Shown: positions 33,638 to 43,701 of the stretch, one piece after another
Numbering within the stretch: position 1 is the stretch's first letter
Layout of the letters: each line of letters opens with the position of its first letter
From: Hadesarchaea archaeon
Lineage (GTDB): Archaea; Hadarchaeota; Hadarchaeia; Hadarchaeales; Hadarchaeaceae
Length of the DNA stretch: 64,000 bases
NCBI GenBank assembly: GCA_030601675.1
Contig: JAUWBN010000004.1
Span: 2,113 to 66,112, forward strand
Reading direction: 5' to 3'
The notes under the pieces: generated by a model
Database searches by the model: none
Seen by the model: only the letters and a program-made list of their open reading frames with translations
What the model was told of the DNA's origin: nothing
Made by a program: the position numbers and the translations under genes

Positions 33638-34003
33638 ATGAACGCCAATAGAGCTTACCTTGCATTCATCGCCCTCGTGATCGGAGTGTACCTCTTGCTC
33701 GAAGGGGTTTACCCAGCCCCCGAAAGCTTGGTCGATGCGGCCTTCATGGGGCTGGGGGTCGCGCTCATACTCAGCTATTTCCGGCTGATCGGCGATTATT
33801 TCTGGTGCTGGCTCCGGACGCCTCCCGAGATGACCTTCATGCCGGTCCTGCTCGTGCTGGGGCTCGTCGTGCTTGGCTTCGGTCTGGTTCGAGCGGGGCT
33901 TGTCTCGATCGAGCTCAGGCTTTCACTCGTGATCCCAGGGCTCGTGCTCGCCCTCTATGCCGGGTTCAAGCTGTGGAAAGCGATCAGGGAGCGGGGTTTA
34001 TAG
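33638..34003 (+). CDS. Small membrane protein (hypothetical)
   Basis: About 121 aa from ATG 33638. Four hydrophobic segments and no motif. Confidence 0.45.
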   Translation: MNANRAYLAFIALVIGVYLLLEGVYPAPESLVDAAFMGLGVALILSYFRLIGDYFWCWLRTPPEMTFMPVLLVLGLVVLGFGLVRAGLVSIELRLSLVIPGLVLALYAGFKLWKAIRERGL

Positions 34004-34321
34004 GCCGAGCGCCGCCAGCACACCATCTTTTGCCCCAGCGAAGTACAAGATGCAGGGAACCATGATCACGCCCATGCAGTGGGTACGCTTGACATTGGCC
34101 ACCGCGGGGAGTATCCCAATCGCGGTCGCAGTTGCTAAAATGAGCAGGCCCATCAAACCCGCGTAACAAAACGTCATCACCGCCATGCCCGAGATCACCG
34201 TCAGGCACATCGTCCGGTAAGGCAGCCCCCCGATGTGGCGGGCCGCGAGCCTGCCGAGTTTCAGATGAAGTACCGTTGCGATTCCTCCCGCGACGAGCGC
34301 GACCCTATCAAGAAGATGAGT
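33998..34321 (-). pseudogene. Possible 5'-truncated membrane-protein gene fragment
   Basis: 70-aa ORF from ATG 34210 (hydrophobic). The same frame stays open for 37 further codons upstream, to a stop at 34322-34324, with no ATG/GTG/TTG. It abuts the AT-richer transglutaminase-like gene. Confidence 0.35.
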
Positions 34322-34401
34322 TCATTCAAACCAACTTTATAAAGGGGAAAATTTGCTTGAATGCTTTTATACAAACACAATCAGTTGAGTTCAGGGATAG
34401 C

Positions 34402-35760
34402 TTGCGAAGGTTTTTGGTACTGGGATTGATCTCATTCGCGCTGCTCATCCAGCCTTTGACGAGCGCAGAACAGTCGAGCGAGTCCACCGTGTATAGGATC
34501 ACGCAGAATTATAAAATCATGAATCAAGGGACAAGTAACGCAACAGATGTGACGGTTATCATTCATGTTTTAGAAAATTGGTCTGGATGGGCTAGTCAGG
34601 AAATACTGGCTGAAGACCTGCCTTCCGGACAAGTTTTGGATCCCGAGGACAATCGATTCATTCGAATTTCTATAGACTCCCTCGGGGTAGGTGAAAGCAG
34701 GGAAATCACAGTTACTCAAACTGTTAGGGTAAACTCGAGCGATTTGCAGCTCAACCCAAATGTAGTGGGGGATTCCGTCCCGCCGGAGATCGGAAACACT
34801 TCCCATGTGGATAACTTGTGGGAAAGCAACACAGCGGAGATCACGAACCAAGCGCATGAATTAACGGATAATCAGCCCAACTTCTACTACAAGGCCAAGC
34901 AGATTTTTGAATTTGTAAAAGGGTACGTAACTTATGTTCAGTCGTCAGACTTATTTAGCGCTCTTCAAGTGTACCAATCTCGTACAGGAGATTGTGCTGA
35001 CCAATCTAACTTGTTTATCGCCCTCTGTCGTGCCGCGGGCATACCGGCAAAATTTGTATCATGCTATGCTTACAGCTCAGAGTTTGAGCCAAATCTTGGA
35101 AGTATGGGTCACGCGTTTGCGATAGTGTATCTGCCCAACGTTGGCTGGATTCCAGTTGATCTGACATGGAATAGTCCCAATGGTCTGTTCGGTGAACTTG
35201 GTTCAGATCACATAATCTCGGCGATCAGCGGCGGCGATGACATGTTCGGCTGGCAAGGTAATTTAATTTCACCGGATGCGGCGAGAATAACATACAGGGG
35301 CGGCAGTTGTGCCGTAGAGCTCGAGAGTAGCGGGATAACACGCGAGGTAGCTGTTGAGTCGACGATTTACGCGGGTTCACAAATCCAAGACAGTACCTGG
35401 AGGTTTTCGGTCAACGTCAGAAACGTGGGTACCCAAAGCATTTCCGATGTGAGAGTGGAGCTGCAGGCTGATAACACATACTTTGAGGTGCCGCCAGCCG
35501 AGGAGGTGGGTGACCTCGGAGGTGGGACGCATCAAATGGCGTACTTCGATGTTCGCGTGAAGCAAAATGTGGAGAACAGCCTTGTCACCGCCGTTGTAAC
35601 TTATGATACTTCCTACGGAACTTTCCGAGCCGAGAGTCAAATCTCCGCGTCAGCAACTTTGCCCTCGCCTATATCCGAGTTGCCAATCGATTTGATTCTC
35701 ATCCTCCTCGCGTGCGTTGTAGGGGTAGTGGCCGTGGCAGTCGTGCTCCTCCGGCGATGA
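34402..35760 (+). CDS. Secreted/C-terminally anchored transglutaminase-like cysteine protease-fold protein
   Basis: TGDCADQSNLFIALCRAAGIPA (catalytic Cys), GHAFAIVYL (His) and WIPVDLT (Asp). Signal-like start at TTG 34402 (RRFLVLGLISFALLIQPLTSA). C-terminal TM LILILLACVVGVVAVAVVLLRR. The track start is 34276. Confidence 0.75.
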   Translation: MRRFLVLGLISFALLIQPLTSAEQSSESTVYRITQNYKIMNQGTSNATDVTVIIHVLENWSGWASQEILAEDLPSGQVLDPEDNRFIRISIDSLGVGESREITVTQTVRVNSSDLQLNPNVVGDSVPPEIGNTSHVDNLWESNTAEITNQAHELTDNQPNFYYKAKQIFEFVKGYVTYVQSSDLFSALQVYQSRTGDCADQSNLFIALCRAAGIPAKFVSCYAYSSEFEPNLGSMGHAFAIVYLPNVGWIPVDLTWNSPNGLFGELGSDHIISAISGGDDMFGWQGNLISPDAARITYRGGSCAVELESSGITREVAVESTIYAGSQIQDSTWRFSVNVRNVGTQSISDVRVELQADNTYFEVPPAEEVGDLGGGTHQMAYFDVRVKQNVENSLVTAVVTYDTSYGTFRAESQISASATLPSPISELPIDLILILLACVVGVVAVAVVLLRR

Positions 35761-35796
35761 AGTTTTATATGCGCGTCCCGAACTAGATGTGATATT

Positions 35797-36408
35797 ATGT
35801 ACGGCTTCACCGGAACGATCGTTGGGGTTCGATGCAAGGAGGGAATCGCCCTGGCCTCGGACACCCGGGGCACGGCTTACTATCTGGTGCTCAGCAAGCG
35901 CGTCCGGAAGGTCTTCAAGCTCGAGGAGCGCATCGGGGCCGCTATTTCGGGCAGCTCGGGCGATGTTCAGAGCTTGGTCAGCATGCTCCGAGTTGAGGCT
36001 AACCTCTACCGCCTGAGCCACGGGCGCCCGATCTCGACGAAGGGCCTGGTTCAGGTGGCGTCAAACCTGCTCCACGGGCGGCGGGTGTTTCCCTACATAG
36101 TGGCGGGCGTGATCTCCGGCGTCGATAGCGACGGGCCACACCTTTACTTCCTCGACCCCGTGGGGGGGAAGCTCGAGGAGGAGAAATTTGCGGGCGCCGG
36201 CACCGGATCCACGGTGGCTTACGGCGTGCTCGAGCAGAACTACCGCGATGGGATGAAGCTCGACGAGGGGGCGAAGCTGGTGGCGCAGTCGATCAAGATC
36301 GCGATCGAACGGGACGTCGCGACTGGGGACAAGACGGTCATCGCGCTAATCGACGAGCGAGGCTACCGCGAGCTCTCAGAGGAAGAGGTAGAGAAGCTCG
36401 TCAAGTAA
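35797..36408 (+). CDS. psmB: Proteasome subunit beta
   Basis: Propeptide MYGFTG then TIVGVRCKEGIALASDTR…, GSSGD, GAGTGS. 203 aa. Confidence 0.9.
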   Translation: MYGFTGTIVGVRCKEGIALASDTRGTAYYLVLSKRVRKVFKLEERIGAAISGSSGDVQSLVSMLRVEANLYRLSHGRPISTKGLVQVASNLLHGRRVFPYIVAGVISGVDSDGPHLYFLDPVGGKLEEEKFAGAGTGSTVAYGVLEQNYRDGMKLDEGAKLVAQSIKIAIERDVATGDKTVIALIDERGYRELSEEEVEKLVK

Positions 36409-37075
36409 GGCCGAGTCCCTCCGCTAGTTCAAGCTGGTTCAACACTTTTCTTTTTTCGGGATCGTAAACCCGCATGGTGTCCCCGCTCAGCGCATCGATT
36501 GCCACAAGATTTTCACCGATCCTACCGAACTCCAGCTTCATGTCGACGAGTTTTAACCCTTGGTCGGTAAGCACCCCCGTTACCGCCCTCACGACCCGAC
36601 GAGCTATCACTTCCATGCGCCCGACCTCATCCGGGCTGGCGATTCCGAGTTTGGTGACGACGCGGCGCTCGAGCAGGGGGTCTCCCAGAGCATCGTCTTT
36701 GAGATTAAATTCAACCAAGTCGAGTTCCGCCATCGGCTGCACGTAGCCGCGATACCTCCGAAGAAAACTCCCATACGCCAGCGCCCTGTAGATCACCTCT
36801 AGCTGAATCCTTGTGATTGGGCGAATCTCCAGCTCGGTATCCGAGTGCACCCCCAAGAAGTGGGTATCGATGCCGGCTTCGTTCATGAGTTTAAATAAAT
36901 AAGCAGCGACCTTTGCGGACGCCGCGCCCTTGCCCTCCAGCTGCCCGACGACGAAATCACCGCCCGGGTCGACGTTACCCTTCGCGTCGCCGACCAATGC
37001 GTCTTTGAACTGCAGCAAAGTTCGATCGCCTAGGCGAATCAAACGATTGGTCTTGCCCTCGTAGATGATTTCCAT
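36401..37075 (-). CDS. purC: Phosphoribosylaminoimidazole-succinocarboxamide (SAICAR) synthase
   Basis: MEIIYEGKTNRL…FKDALVGD…LEVIYRALAYGS…LVDMKLEFG. ATG 37075 was chosen (track TTG 37093). Confidence 0.9.
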   Translation of the reverse strand: MEIIYEGKTNRLIRLGDRTLLQFKDALVGDAKGNVDPGGDFVVGQLEGKGAASAKVAAYLFKLMNEAGIDTHFLGVHSDTELEIRPITRIQLEVIYRALAYGSFLRRYRGYVQPMAELDLVEFNLKDDALGDPLLERRVVTKLGIASPDEVGRMEVIARRVVRAVTGVLTDQGLKLVDMKLEFGRIGENLVAIDALSGDTMRVYDPEKRKVLNQLELAEGLGLT

Positions 37076-37195
37076 CGCTGACCCAGCTTCCAATCGTCGT
37101 CCACGTCTTTAAGTTCTAGCTCTCCAAGCTTCAGGCGAAAAACTTAAAGTTGGGTAAATTTAGATGAAATGGCAAAAATCACACGAGGTTGAGTT

Positions 37196-38131
37196 ATGGT
37201 TGCAAAAATCATAGGCTTGGGCGTATCCTCGATAGATGAGTTTGTAATAGTCGACGAGTTCTGCAAACCCGACGACAAGATTTGGATAAAAAATTTCGCG
37301 AGGCAATGCGGGGGGGTCGTCGCGAATTTCTGCGTTGGGGTGGCGCGCAACGGTGTCAAGTCCGGTTTCATGGGTTCAGCTGGCGACGATCCCAACGGTC
37401 GTGAGATAGTACAAAATTTTAAAAATCACGACATGGACATGGACCATTTCTTTCTGAAAAAAGAGACAAAAACTCCGGTCAACATCATAGTCGTGGATTC
37501 TCACGGAAGTCGCCAAATACTTCAAGATATATACATGGAAAAAAATGTCCTCGATGCAGGTGAAATTATATCAGATTATGTTGCCAAAGCCGATATTTTC
37601 CACACGGATGCCGTGAAAATTGATCCAGCCAGAAAATGCATGAAAATCGCAAAGGAAGCTGGCAAGAAAGTTTCGTTCGATCTGGAAAGGCATGTCGCAG
37701 TTTACGGCTTGGATGCGATCAAGGATTTGCTTGGGATGACGGATATACTCCTGCCCAACCGCAGAGGGGCCCTTGAACTTACCAAAGAAACCGATGTTAA
37801 GAAGGCGGCAAAAAAACTGTTGAGCTTTGGCCCGGAGCTCGTCCTCATAACAATGGGTGAAGAGGGATCTATGCTCGTAACGTCCGAGGGGGAGCACCGA
37901 ATACCCATTTATAAAGTCGAAAACGTGGTGGACACGACCGGCGCGGGTGATTGCTTCAACTCGGCTTTCGTCAGCTGCATTTACAAGGGGATGGCCACGA
38001 GGGAGGCCGCAGATTTTGCAGCGGCATCCGCGGCCCTCTCTGTGACGAAGGTGGGTGCTCAATCCATGCCGACATTGAAAGAGGTCGAAAAGTTTTTGGC
38101 AGGCAACCCCGAGAGGGGAACGGTGAAGTGA
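37196..38131 (+). CDS. PfkB-family carbohydrate/nucleoside kinase
   Basis: GGVVANF…, and DTTGAGDCFNSAF (PfkB signature 2). 311 aa. Confidence 0.85.
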   Translation: MVAKIIGLGVSSIDEFVIVDEFCKPDDKIWIKNFARQCGGVVANFCVGVARNGVKSGFMGSAGDDPNGREIVQNFKNHDMDMDHFFLKKETKTPVNIIVVDSHGSRQILQDIYMEKNVLDAGEIISDYVAKADIFHTDAVKIDPARKCMKIAKEAGKKVSFDLERHVAVYGLDAIKDLLGMTDILLPNRRGALELTKETDVKKAAKKLLSFGPELVLITMGEEGSMLVTSEGEHRIPIYKVENVVDTTGAGDCFNSAFVSCIYKGMATREAADFAAASAALSVTKVGAQSMPTLKEVEKFLAGNPERGTVK

Positions 38132-38135
38132 GAAC

Positions 38136-40028
38136 ATGGCTCACGGCTACAATGGCAAAATTTTACGCGTCGATTTGTCGAGCGGAAAAATCTCGGTGGA
38201 TGAGCCGGATGAGGTTTTTTACAGGAGGTACATCGGGGGAAGGAGTCTCGCGCTCTACTACCTCCTGAAGGAGATGGAGCCGGGCGTGGACCCGCTTGGA
38301 CCGGACAACTTGCTTATATTCGCACCGAGTGTCCTCACGGGGGCACCCATACAGGGCGTCTCTCGGTTCTCGGTCGCCTGCAAGTCGCCTCTGACCGGAA
38401 CGTATGGTGAGGGGGAGGCGGGGGGGCATTGGGGACCCGAGTTGAAGTTTGCCGGCTATGACGCGGTGATCGTCAAAGGGAGGGCGGAAAAGCCAGTTTA
38501 TCTGTGGATTCATGACGGTGAGGCAGAGATCCGCGACGCAGGCAAGATATGGGAAAAACCGACGAAAGAGGCCCAAGATGGCATCCGCAAGGAGCTCGGA
38601 GATGAAAAAATAAGGGTCGCCCAAATAGGCCCGGCAGGTGAAAAACTTGTCCGGTTTGCCTGCATCGTCAACGAGTTGAGTGACGTGAATGGTCGCGGAG
38701 GCATGGGCGCGGTCATGGGGTCGAAAAATCTCAAGGCGATAGCGGTAAGGGGGAAGAAAAAAATCAACATAAAAGACCCCGGCAAGGTGACTGCCCTGGT
38801 GAAGTGGTTCAATCAGAACTACATGAAAAACGCTGATGTTTCGGGACTTAACCGCATCGGCACATCTCAGTACATCCTCGCGCTCAACACATCAGGAGCC
38901 CTTCCGACCAAGAACTTCCGCGATGGCGTGATCGAAGGTGCTGAGAAGATAAGTGGGAAAACGATGAAGGAAACCCTGCAGATCGGCCAAAAGGCATGTT
39001 TTGCGTGCTCTGTTGTGTGCAAGAGGGTGGTCAAGGTAGATGGGCCCTTCAAGGTTGACCCGGCTTACGGAGGTCCAGAGTATGAATCAATCGCCGCTTT
39101 GGGTTCTTTCTGCGGCGTCACCGATTTGAAGGCTGTGGCGAAGGCCAACGAAATCTGCAATGCATACGGGATGGACACCATATCCGCGGGGGTATCGGTC
39201 GCCTTTGCGATGGAATGCTTTGAGAACGGCATCCTGACAAAGAAGGATACGGGCGGAGTCGACCTCAGATTTGGCAACGCCGAAGCCATGGTGAAAGTGG
39301 TGGAGATGATAGCCAAACGAGAGGGCTTGGGCGACATCCTCGCTGAGGGCGTCAAGAGCGCCGCCGAAAGGATTGGCAAGGGGGCTGAGAAGTTTGCCAT
39401 GCACGTCAAGGGCAAGGAGATCCCAATGCACGAGGGTCGCTGGAAAACGGGGGTGGGGTTGGGCTACGGCGTTTCGCCTACTGGAGCCGACCACGTTCAG
39501 ATGGAGCACGATCCCTGCTTCGAAGAGAAGGGTTTCTTCATCGACCAGCTCAACTCGATAGGCATCCTGGAACCTGTGCCAAGCCTCGACCTCGGCCCGC
39601 GCAAGGTGAGGCTGTTCACTTACCTGCAGCACTGGTGGAGCTTGGGCAATTGCATCGACATATGCCTGTTCACGACCGCTCCAGCTAGGGTTTGGAAGAT
39701 ACCACAGGTGGTGGAAATGGTAAATGCGGTCACGGGTTGGGACACTACGACGTGGGAGCTCATGAAACTCGGGGAACGCGCCACCACGATGGCCCGAGCA
39801 TTTAATGTCAGGGAGGGTTTCACCAAAGATGACGACTGGTTGCCGGAGCGGCTTTTCCAACCGCTCGAAAGCGGGCCGCTAAAGGGCACGAAACTCTCGA
39901 AGGATGTCTACGGAGAGGCGATTGCCGCGTACTATCAAGTGATGGGTTGGGACGAAACTGGCGTGCCCACCAAGGCGAAGTTAGAGGAACTCGATGTCGG
40001 ATGGGTCGCCGACAGGTTAAAGAAATGA
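38136..40028 (+). CDS. aor: Aldehyde:ferredoxin oxidoreductase family (tungstopterin/[4Fe-4S]) enzyme
   Basis: MAHGYNGKILRVDLSSGKI…YIGGRSLALYYL. CFACSVVCKR cluster Cys region. Length 630 aa. Typical AOR N-terminus and domain order. Confidence 0.92.
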   Translation: MAHGYNGKILRVDLSSGKISVDEPDEVFYRRYIGGRSLALYYLLKEMEPGVDPLGPDNLLIFAPSVLTGAPIQGVSRFSVACKSPLTGTYGEGEAGGHWGPELKFAGYDAVIVKGRAEKPVYLWIHDGEAEIRDAGKIWEKPTKEAQDGIRKELGDEKIRVAQIGPAGEKLVRFACIVNELSDVNGRGGMGAVMGSKNLKAIAVRGKKKINIKDPGKVTALVKWFNQNYMKNADVSGLNRIGTSQYILALNTSGALPTKNFRDGVIEGAEKISGKTMKETLQIGQKACFACSVVCKRVVKVDGPFKVDPAYGGPEYESIAALGSFCGVTDLKAVAKANEICNAYGMDTISAGVSVAFAMECFENGILTKKDTGGVDLRFGNAEAMVKVVEMIAKREGLGDILAEGVKSAAERIGKGAEKFAMHVKGKEIPMHEGRWKTGVGLGYGVSPTGADHVQMEHDPCFEEKGFFIDQLNSIGILEPVPSLDLGPRKVRLFTYLQHWWSLGNCIDICLFTTAPARVWKIPQVVEMVNAVTGWDTTTWELMKLGERATTMARAFNVREGFTKDDDWLPERLFQPLESGPLKGTKLSKDVYGEAIAAYYQVMGWDETGVPTKAKLEELDVGWVADRLKK

Positions 40029-40053
40029 GTTTTCGCCCAAAAAGTAAAATAAC

Positions 40054-40782
40054 TTAAATTTTTGCCAACCATTTTAAAATCTGGGATATGAATTGAACGT
40101 ATTGATCACCTAGTTCCATGTCACCGATTGTTACCCTTTCCGTTCCCCAATCTACCATTCCACCGACCCAATGCGGTGATGCATCGGTCATAAATGCAAG
40201 ACTTCTGCCATTTCCATACTTACGAACTGCGAGCAGGGGATTTTCTTCTTCGGCCAACTTTATTCCTTCAACCCTATCCTTGCCAACAGATTCTATTCTC
40301 CTTGAAGTTAGGAGAATTTCAGCGTCGGGTTTTGCGTTGACTTTATTGTATCCACAGATAGTGGGTGCATCATTCCATGGCAATCCTTCTAGGATCGGAT
40401 GTTCTTTTTTCTTGATTATCTTGAAACCATTTGAATCGTTAATCCTATCGTCCTCTGGCAAACAATTTACCGGCAGTACTTCCTCAACCGCTGTGCCCCT
40501 GTAGTCTCCCTTAGAACCAGTAAATGACCACCATCCACCTATCATTCCTAGGCTTCCGCCTTTCTCCACATATTCTTTCAACAACTTCATTCGGTCCGAT
40601 AGTGACGAACCCGGAGCATCGCTTATTACTACTGCATTGTATCCTGATAATTGGTCCTGCGTCGATGGCATTTCCTGTAATCGATCTGGTGGGATGTGGG
40701 TAAAATCGATACCCGATTTTTTCATTACAGCTATCAAGTATTTTGCATATACTTCCGGTTCACCGGCGAGTAATAATTTCAT
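40054..40782 (-). CDS. GATase1-like (DUF1355-type) protein
   Basis: YNAVVISDAPGSSL…LKEYVEKGGSLGMIGGWWSFTG…VEEVLPV pattern. AT-richer than the flanks. Assignment from memory. Confidence 0.6.
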   Translation of the reverse strand: MKLLLAGEPEVYAKYLIAVMKKSGIDFTHIPPDRLQEMPSTQDQLSGYNAVVISDAPGSSLSDRMKLLKEYVEKGGSLGMIGGWWSFTGSKGDYRGTAVEEVLPVNCLPEDDRINDSNGFKIIKKKEHPILEGLPWNDAPTICGYNKVNAKPDAEILLTSRRIESVGKDRVEGIKLAEEENPLLAVRKYGNGRSLAFMTDASPHWVGGMVDWGTERVTIGDMELGDQYVQFISQILKWLAKI

Positions 40783-40858
40783 GGTTGCAGATAGGTGACT
40801 TAAACATTTAAACCTTTCTTAAGACAAATCGATTTGTTACATAAAGGAGGTACCCCAC

Positions 40859-41911
40859 ATGAAAATCCCAAAATACGTCGGCGCGTTCAAAGGGAAGGAT
40901 TTCCTCAACACCCAAGATTTCACTCAAGAAGAAATCAAACAAATCTTGGACGCAGCAGACGATTTGAAGCGGAAGTTTAGGAGCCGGGAGCCCACACCGT
41001 ACTTGCCTGGAAGAACCCTTTTCATGATCTTCTACAACCGCTCCCTCCGGACGCGGAATTCCTTCGAGGCAGGGATGTACCAACTTGGGGGGCACGCCCA
41101 GTTCCTCAGCTCCCATGACCTTTACACCCCGACCCTTCCAGAAGACATGGTACCCTATGCAACCGAATCGATCTCCGATGTCTCAAGGGTGCTGAGCCGC
41201 TACGGCGACGCTATCGCCATCCGAATCTACGGTGACCCCGCGAAGTGGACCATCGGGCGGGGACATCGGGTCATCGAGGAGTTCGCAAAGTGGGGCGAAA
41301 TCCCCGTGCTCAACATGGAAGACGACCTCTATCACCCATTCCAAGCGTTGGCGGATATCCAAGCTGCGAGAGAAGCTGAACCAAAGCTCCAAGGAAAGAA
41401 ATTCGTTGTATCCTATGCGTACTCGGGCGGACTTAAACCGCTGGCGGTGCCCCAGAGCGAGGTCCTGATAACGACCCAGTTCGGGATGGATGTGGTGCTC
41501 GCTCACCCCAAGGGATTCGAGCTCGAGGATAGCGCGATCAAGGCCGCGAAGGAGAACGCCAAGCGTTACGGGGGAAGTTTCGAGATCGCCAACGACATGA
41601 AGAAGGCATTCGAGGGCGCTGATTTCGTCTACCCGAAGGCTTGGTCGCCGAAGCAGTTCGTCCCGCCCCACAGCAAGACGGTCGACAAGGAGGGGGCCTC
41701 AGCCTATCAAGGTAAGTTCAAGGACTGGGTCACGACCCGAGAACTTCTAGACGTTACCAACAAGGCTTACTACATGCACTGTGGACCGGCGGACAGGGGG
41801 CAGGAGGTGACCGACGAGGTGCTCGACAGCTACGAGCGCTCCCTTTACTTCGAGGAGGCCGAGAACCGGCTGCACGTGCAGAAAGCGGTAATGGCGATGC
41901 TGATGGGTTGA
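40859..41911 (+). CDS. Carbamoyltransferase of the OTCase/ATCase superfamily (N-acyl-ornithine transcarbamylase-like)
   Basis: FYNRSLRTRNSFEAG (S-x-RTR carbamoyl-phosphate motif), HPFQALAD (HPxQ) and MHCGPADRG (HCxP-like). 350 aa. Confidence 0.8.
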   Translation: MKIPKYVGAFKGKDFLNTQDFTQEEIKQILDAADDLKRKFRSREPTPYLPGRTLFMIFYNRSLRTRNSFEAGMYQLGGHAQFLSSHDLYTPTLPEDMVPYATESISDVSRVLSRYGDAIAIRIYGDPAKWTIGRGHRVIEEFAKWGEIPVLNMEDDLYHPFQALADIQAAREAEPKLQGKKFVVSYAYSGGLKPLAVPQSEVLITTQFGMDVVLAHPKGFELEDSAIKAAKENAKRYGGSFEIANDMKKAFEGADFVYPKAWSPKQFVPPHSKTVDKEGASAYQGKFKDWVTTRELLDVTNKAYYMHCGPADRGQEVTDEVLDSYERSLYFEEAENRLHVQKAVMAMLMG

Positions 41912-41926
41912 TTGAAGGCGAAATAA

Positions 41927-42373
41927 TTGCTCGAAAGGTCAAAAGTTGTCCTCGATGCAGAAGAGTCAGTGCTGCGGCGAGGGAGTTGCACCACCAAAAT
42001 CACAGAGGCGTTCCTGCGGGGGGAGGGGTATTGGTACTGGCGTGGCTTGCCCCCGCTGCCTCGTGGCCCTATGGGGCGCTTAGGGGAAAGAAGGAAAGAA
42101 GTGAAGGGGGAATTGGTATTGACGAACAAACGGCTGATTTTCCTGGGTGAAAAGGGCCGAATAAGGAAAAAAGTTGTCCCCTTCTTAGGGCTCGATATTA
42201 ATAAAATTACAGAAGCCAGTGCAAAATCATCGGAAAAAGGAGAAAAGCTCTTGGTCAGTTTGAATCTGGGCGGGATGAAACCATGGGAACTCGAGTTTCA
42301 GTTGATGGGTGCTGCCGAGTGGGTGGATGTTGTTAAAAAGTATGCGGGTGCAGCCACATCGCCCGCTATTTAA
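41927..42373 (+). CDS. Hypothetical protein with bacterial-PH/GRAM-like segment
   Basis: GELVLTNKRLIFLGEKG is the motif typical of bPH/GRAM-like domains. The start is uncertain (TTG 41927 or ATG 42071). Confidence 0.4.
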   Translation: MLERSKVVLDAEESVLRRGSCTTKITEAFLRGEGYWYWRGLPPLPRGPMGRLGERRKEVKGELVLTNKRLIFLGEKGRIRKKVVPFLGLDINKITEASAKSSEKGEKLLVSLNLGGMKPWELEFQLMGAAEWVDVVKKYAGAATSPAI

Positions 42374-43607
42374 TGAGTTTTTTAAATTGGTCTAACTCCG
42401 GCTCGATCACCGGCGGCTCCTCGGCTAGCTTCATCGCCGTCCGCACATCCTTGAGCCCGCCCCCCGTCACCTCGACCACGACGACATCCGAACGATCGAC
42501 GACCCCGGCCTCGAGTAATTTGCGGAGCCCTGCCAGCCCTGCCGCGCCCGAAGGTTCGGCGAAGACCCCCTCACTTCTAGCCAAGAGCTTCTCCGCCTCC
42601 AGGATCTCCGCGTCGCTCACCGCCTGCGCGGCACCCCTCGAACGTTTGATCGCAGGGATCGCGGTATCGGCGTCCCACGGGTAGGGATCCACCAGCCCCG
42701 ACGCCACGGTGTTCGGGTTCGGCCAAGTCGGAATTTCATAGGGCGGCGTGCCCTCCCTGAACGCTTTGACGAGAGGGGCGCAACCCTCGGCCTGAACCGC
42801 TGCGAGGCGAGGCACCCCTTTGACCAAGCCAAGTTGCTCGAACTCGAAGTAGCCCTTGGCGTTCCCCGAAAGCAAGGTCCCCGCCCCGACCGGAACGACG
42901 ACCCAATCCGGCACCCGCCAGCCCAGCTGTTCGCACACCTCGTACGACATCGTCTTGGAGCCCTCGGGCTGGTAGGGGTTGAAGGCGCCGCAGCTGGGGA
43001 TGGGGTGCCACCCGAATTTCCCCCACGCCGCGCGCATGAGCTCGTAGGTCGGGTCACCCACCCCCTTGCGGGCCACCTTGACCACGTGGGCCCCGTACAT
43101 CGAGAGCTGAGCCAGCTTGCCCGCCGCCGCCCCCGCTGGGACGAAAGCGTAACACCCGACCCCCGCCTTCGCCGCGTAGGCCGCGAGCGCGATCGCAGCG
43201 TTCCCGCTCGACGCCGTCACGACCTTTCGCGCCCCGAACTCGACCGCCTTGGATAAACCGACGCTCATCGGTCGATCCTTGAATGATGCCGTCGGGTTCT
43301 TGGTCTCATCCTTGAGGAGGAGCCGCCTGAGCCCCAGCTCGCGGGCCAGGTTTTTCGCCTCCAGGAGCGGCATGCCCCCCTCGCCCAGCGTCACGATGTT
43401 CTTCCTGCTGGCCACGGGCAAGAGCTCGAAATATTTCCAAACGCCCGCGCGCCGCTTAGCGAATTCCCTTTTCCCCACCACGTCGGCGATCGAGTCGTAA
43501 TCGTAAAGGATTTCCAATTTGCCCCCGCACTTCTCACAGGTGTACAAACCCTTCGTCGGCGCGTGCTTTTGGCCGCACCTCAGGCACTTGAGCCCCTCGA
43601 CGAACAC
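42366..43607 (-). CDS. thrC: Threonine synthase (with N-terminal zinc ribbon)
   Basis: CLRCG…CEKCGG ribbon. PLP-lysine motif NPTASFKDRPMS. GNAAIALAAYAA, GAGTLLSG. GTG start at 43607 chosen. The 594-aa track ORF has a low-complexity upstream extension overlapping a plus-strand gene. Confidence 0.9.
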   Translation of the reverse strand: MFVEGLKCLRCGQKHAPTKGLYTCEKCGGKLEILYDYDSIADVVGKREFAKRRAGVWKYFELLPVASRKNIVTLGEGGMPLLEAKNLARELGLRRLLLKDETKNPTASFKDRPMSVGLSKAVEFGARKVVTASSGNAAIALAAYAAKAGVGCYAFVPAGAAAGKLAQLSMYGAHVVKVARKGVGDPTYELMRAAWGKFGWHPIPSCGAFNPYQPEGSKTMSYEVCEQLGWRVPDWVVVPVGAGTLLSGNAKGYFEFEQLGLVKGVPRLAAVQAEGCAPLVKAFREGTPPYEIPTWPNPNTVASGLVDPYPWDADTAIPAIKRSRGAAQAVSDAEILEAEKLLARSEGVFAEPSGAAGLAGLRKLLEAGVVDRSDVVVVEVTGGGLKDVRTAMKLAEEPPVIEPELDQFKKLIK

Positions 43608-43701
43608 GTGAGCACCGCGTAACCTCTGGTGCCCTGAAAATAAGGGTTTAGGCGGAGACGTGCATTGCCGACCCCAGCTGTTTTTAATCCCTAGCGCGTA
43701 A

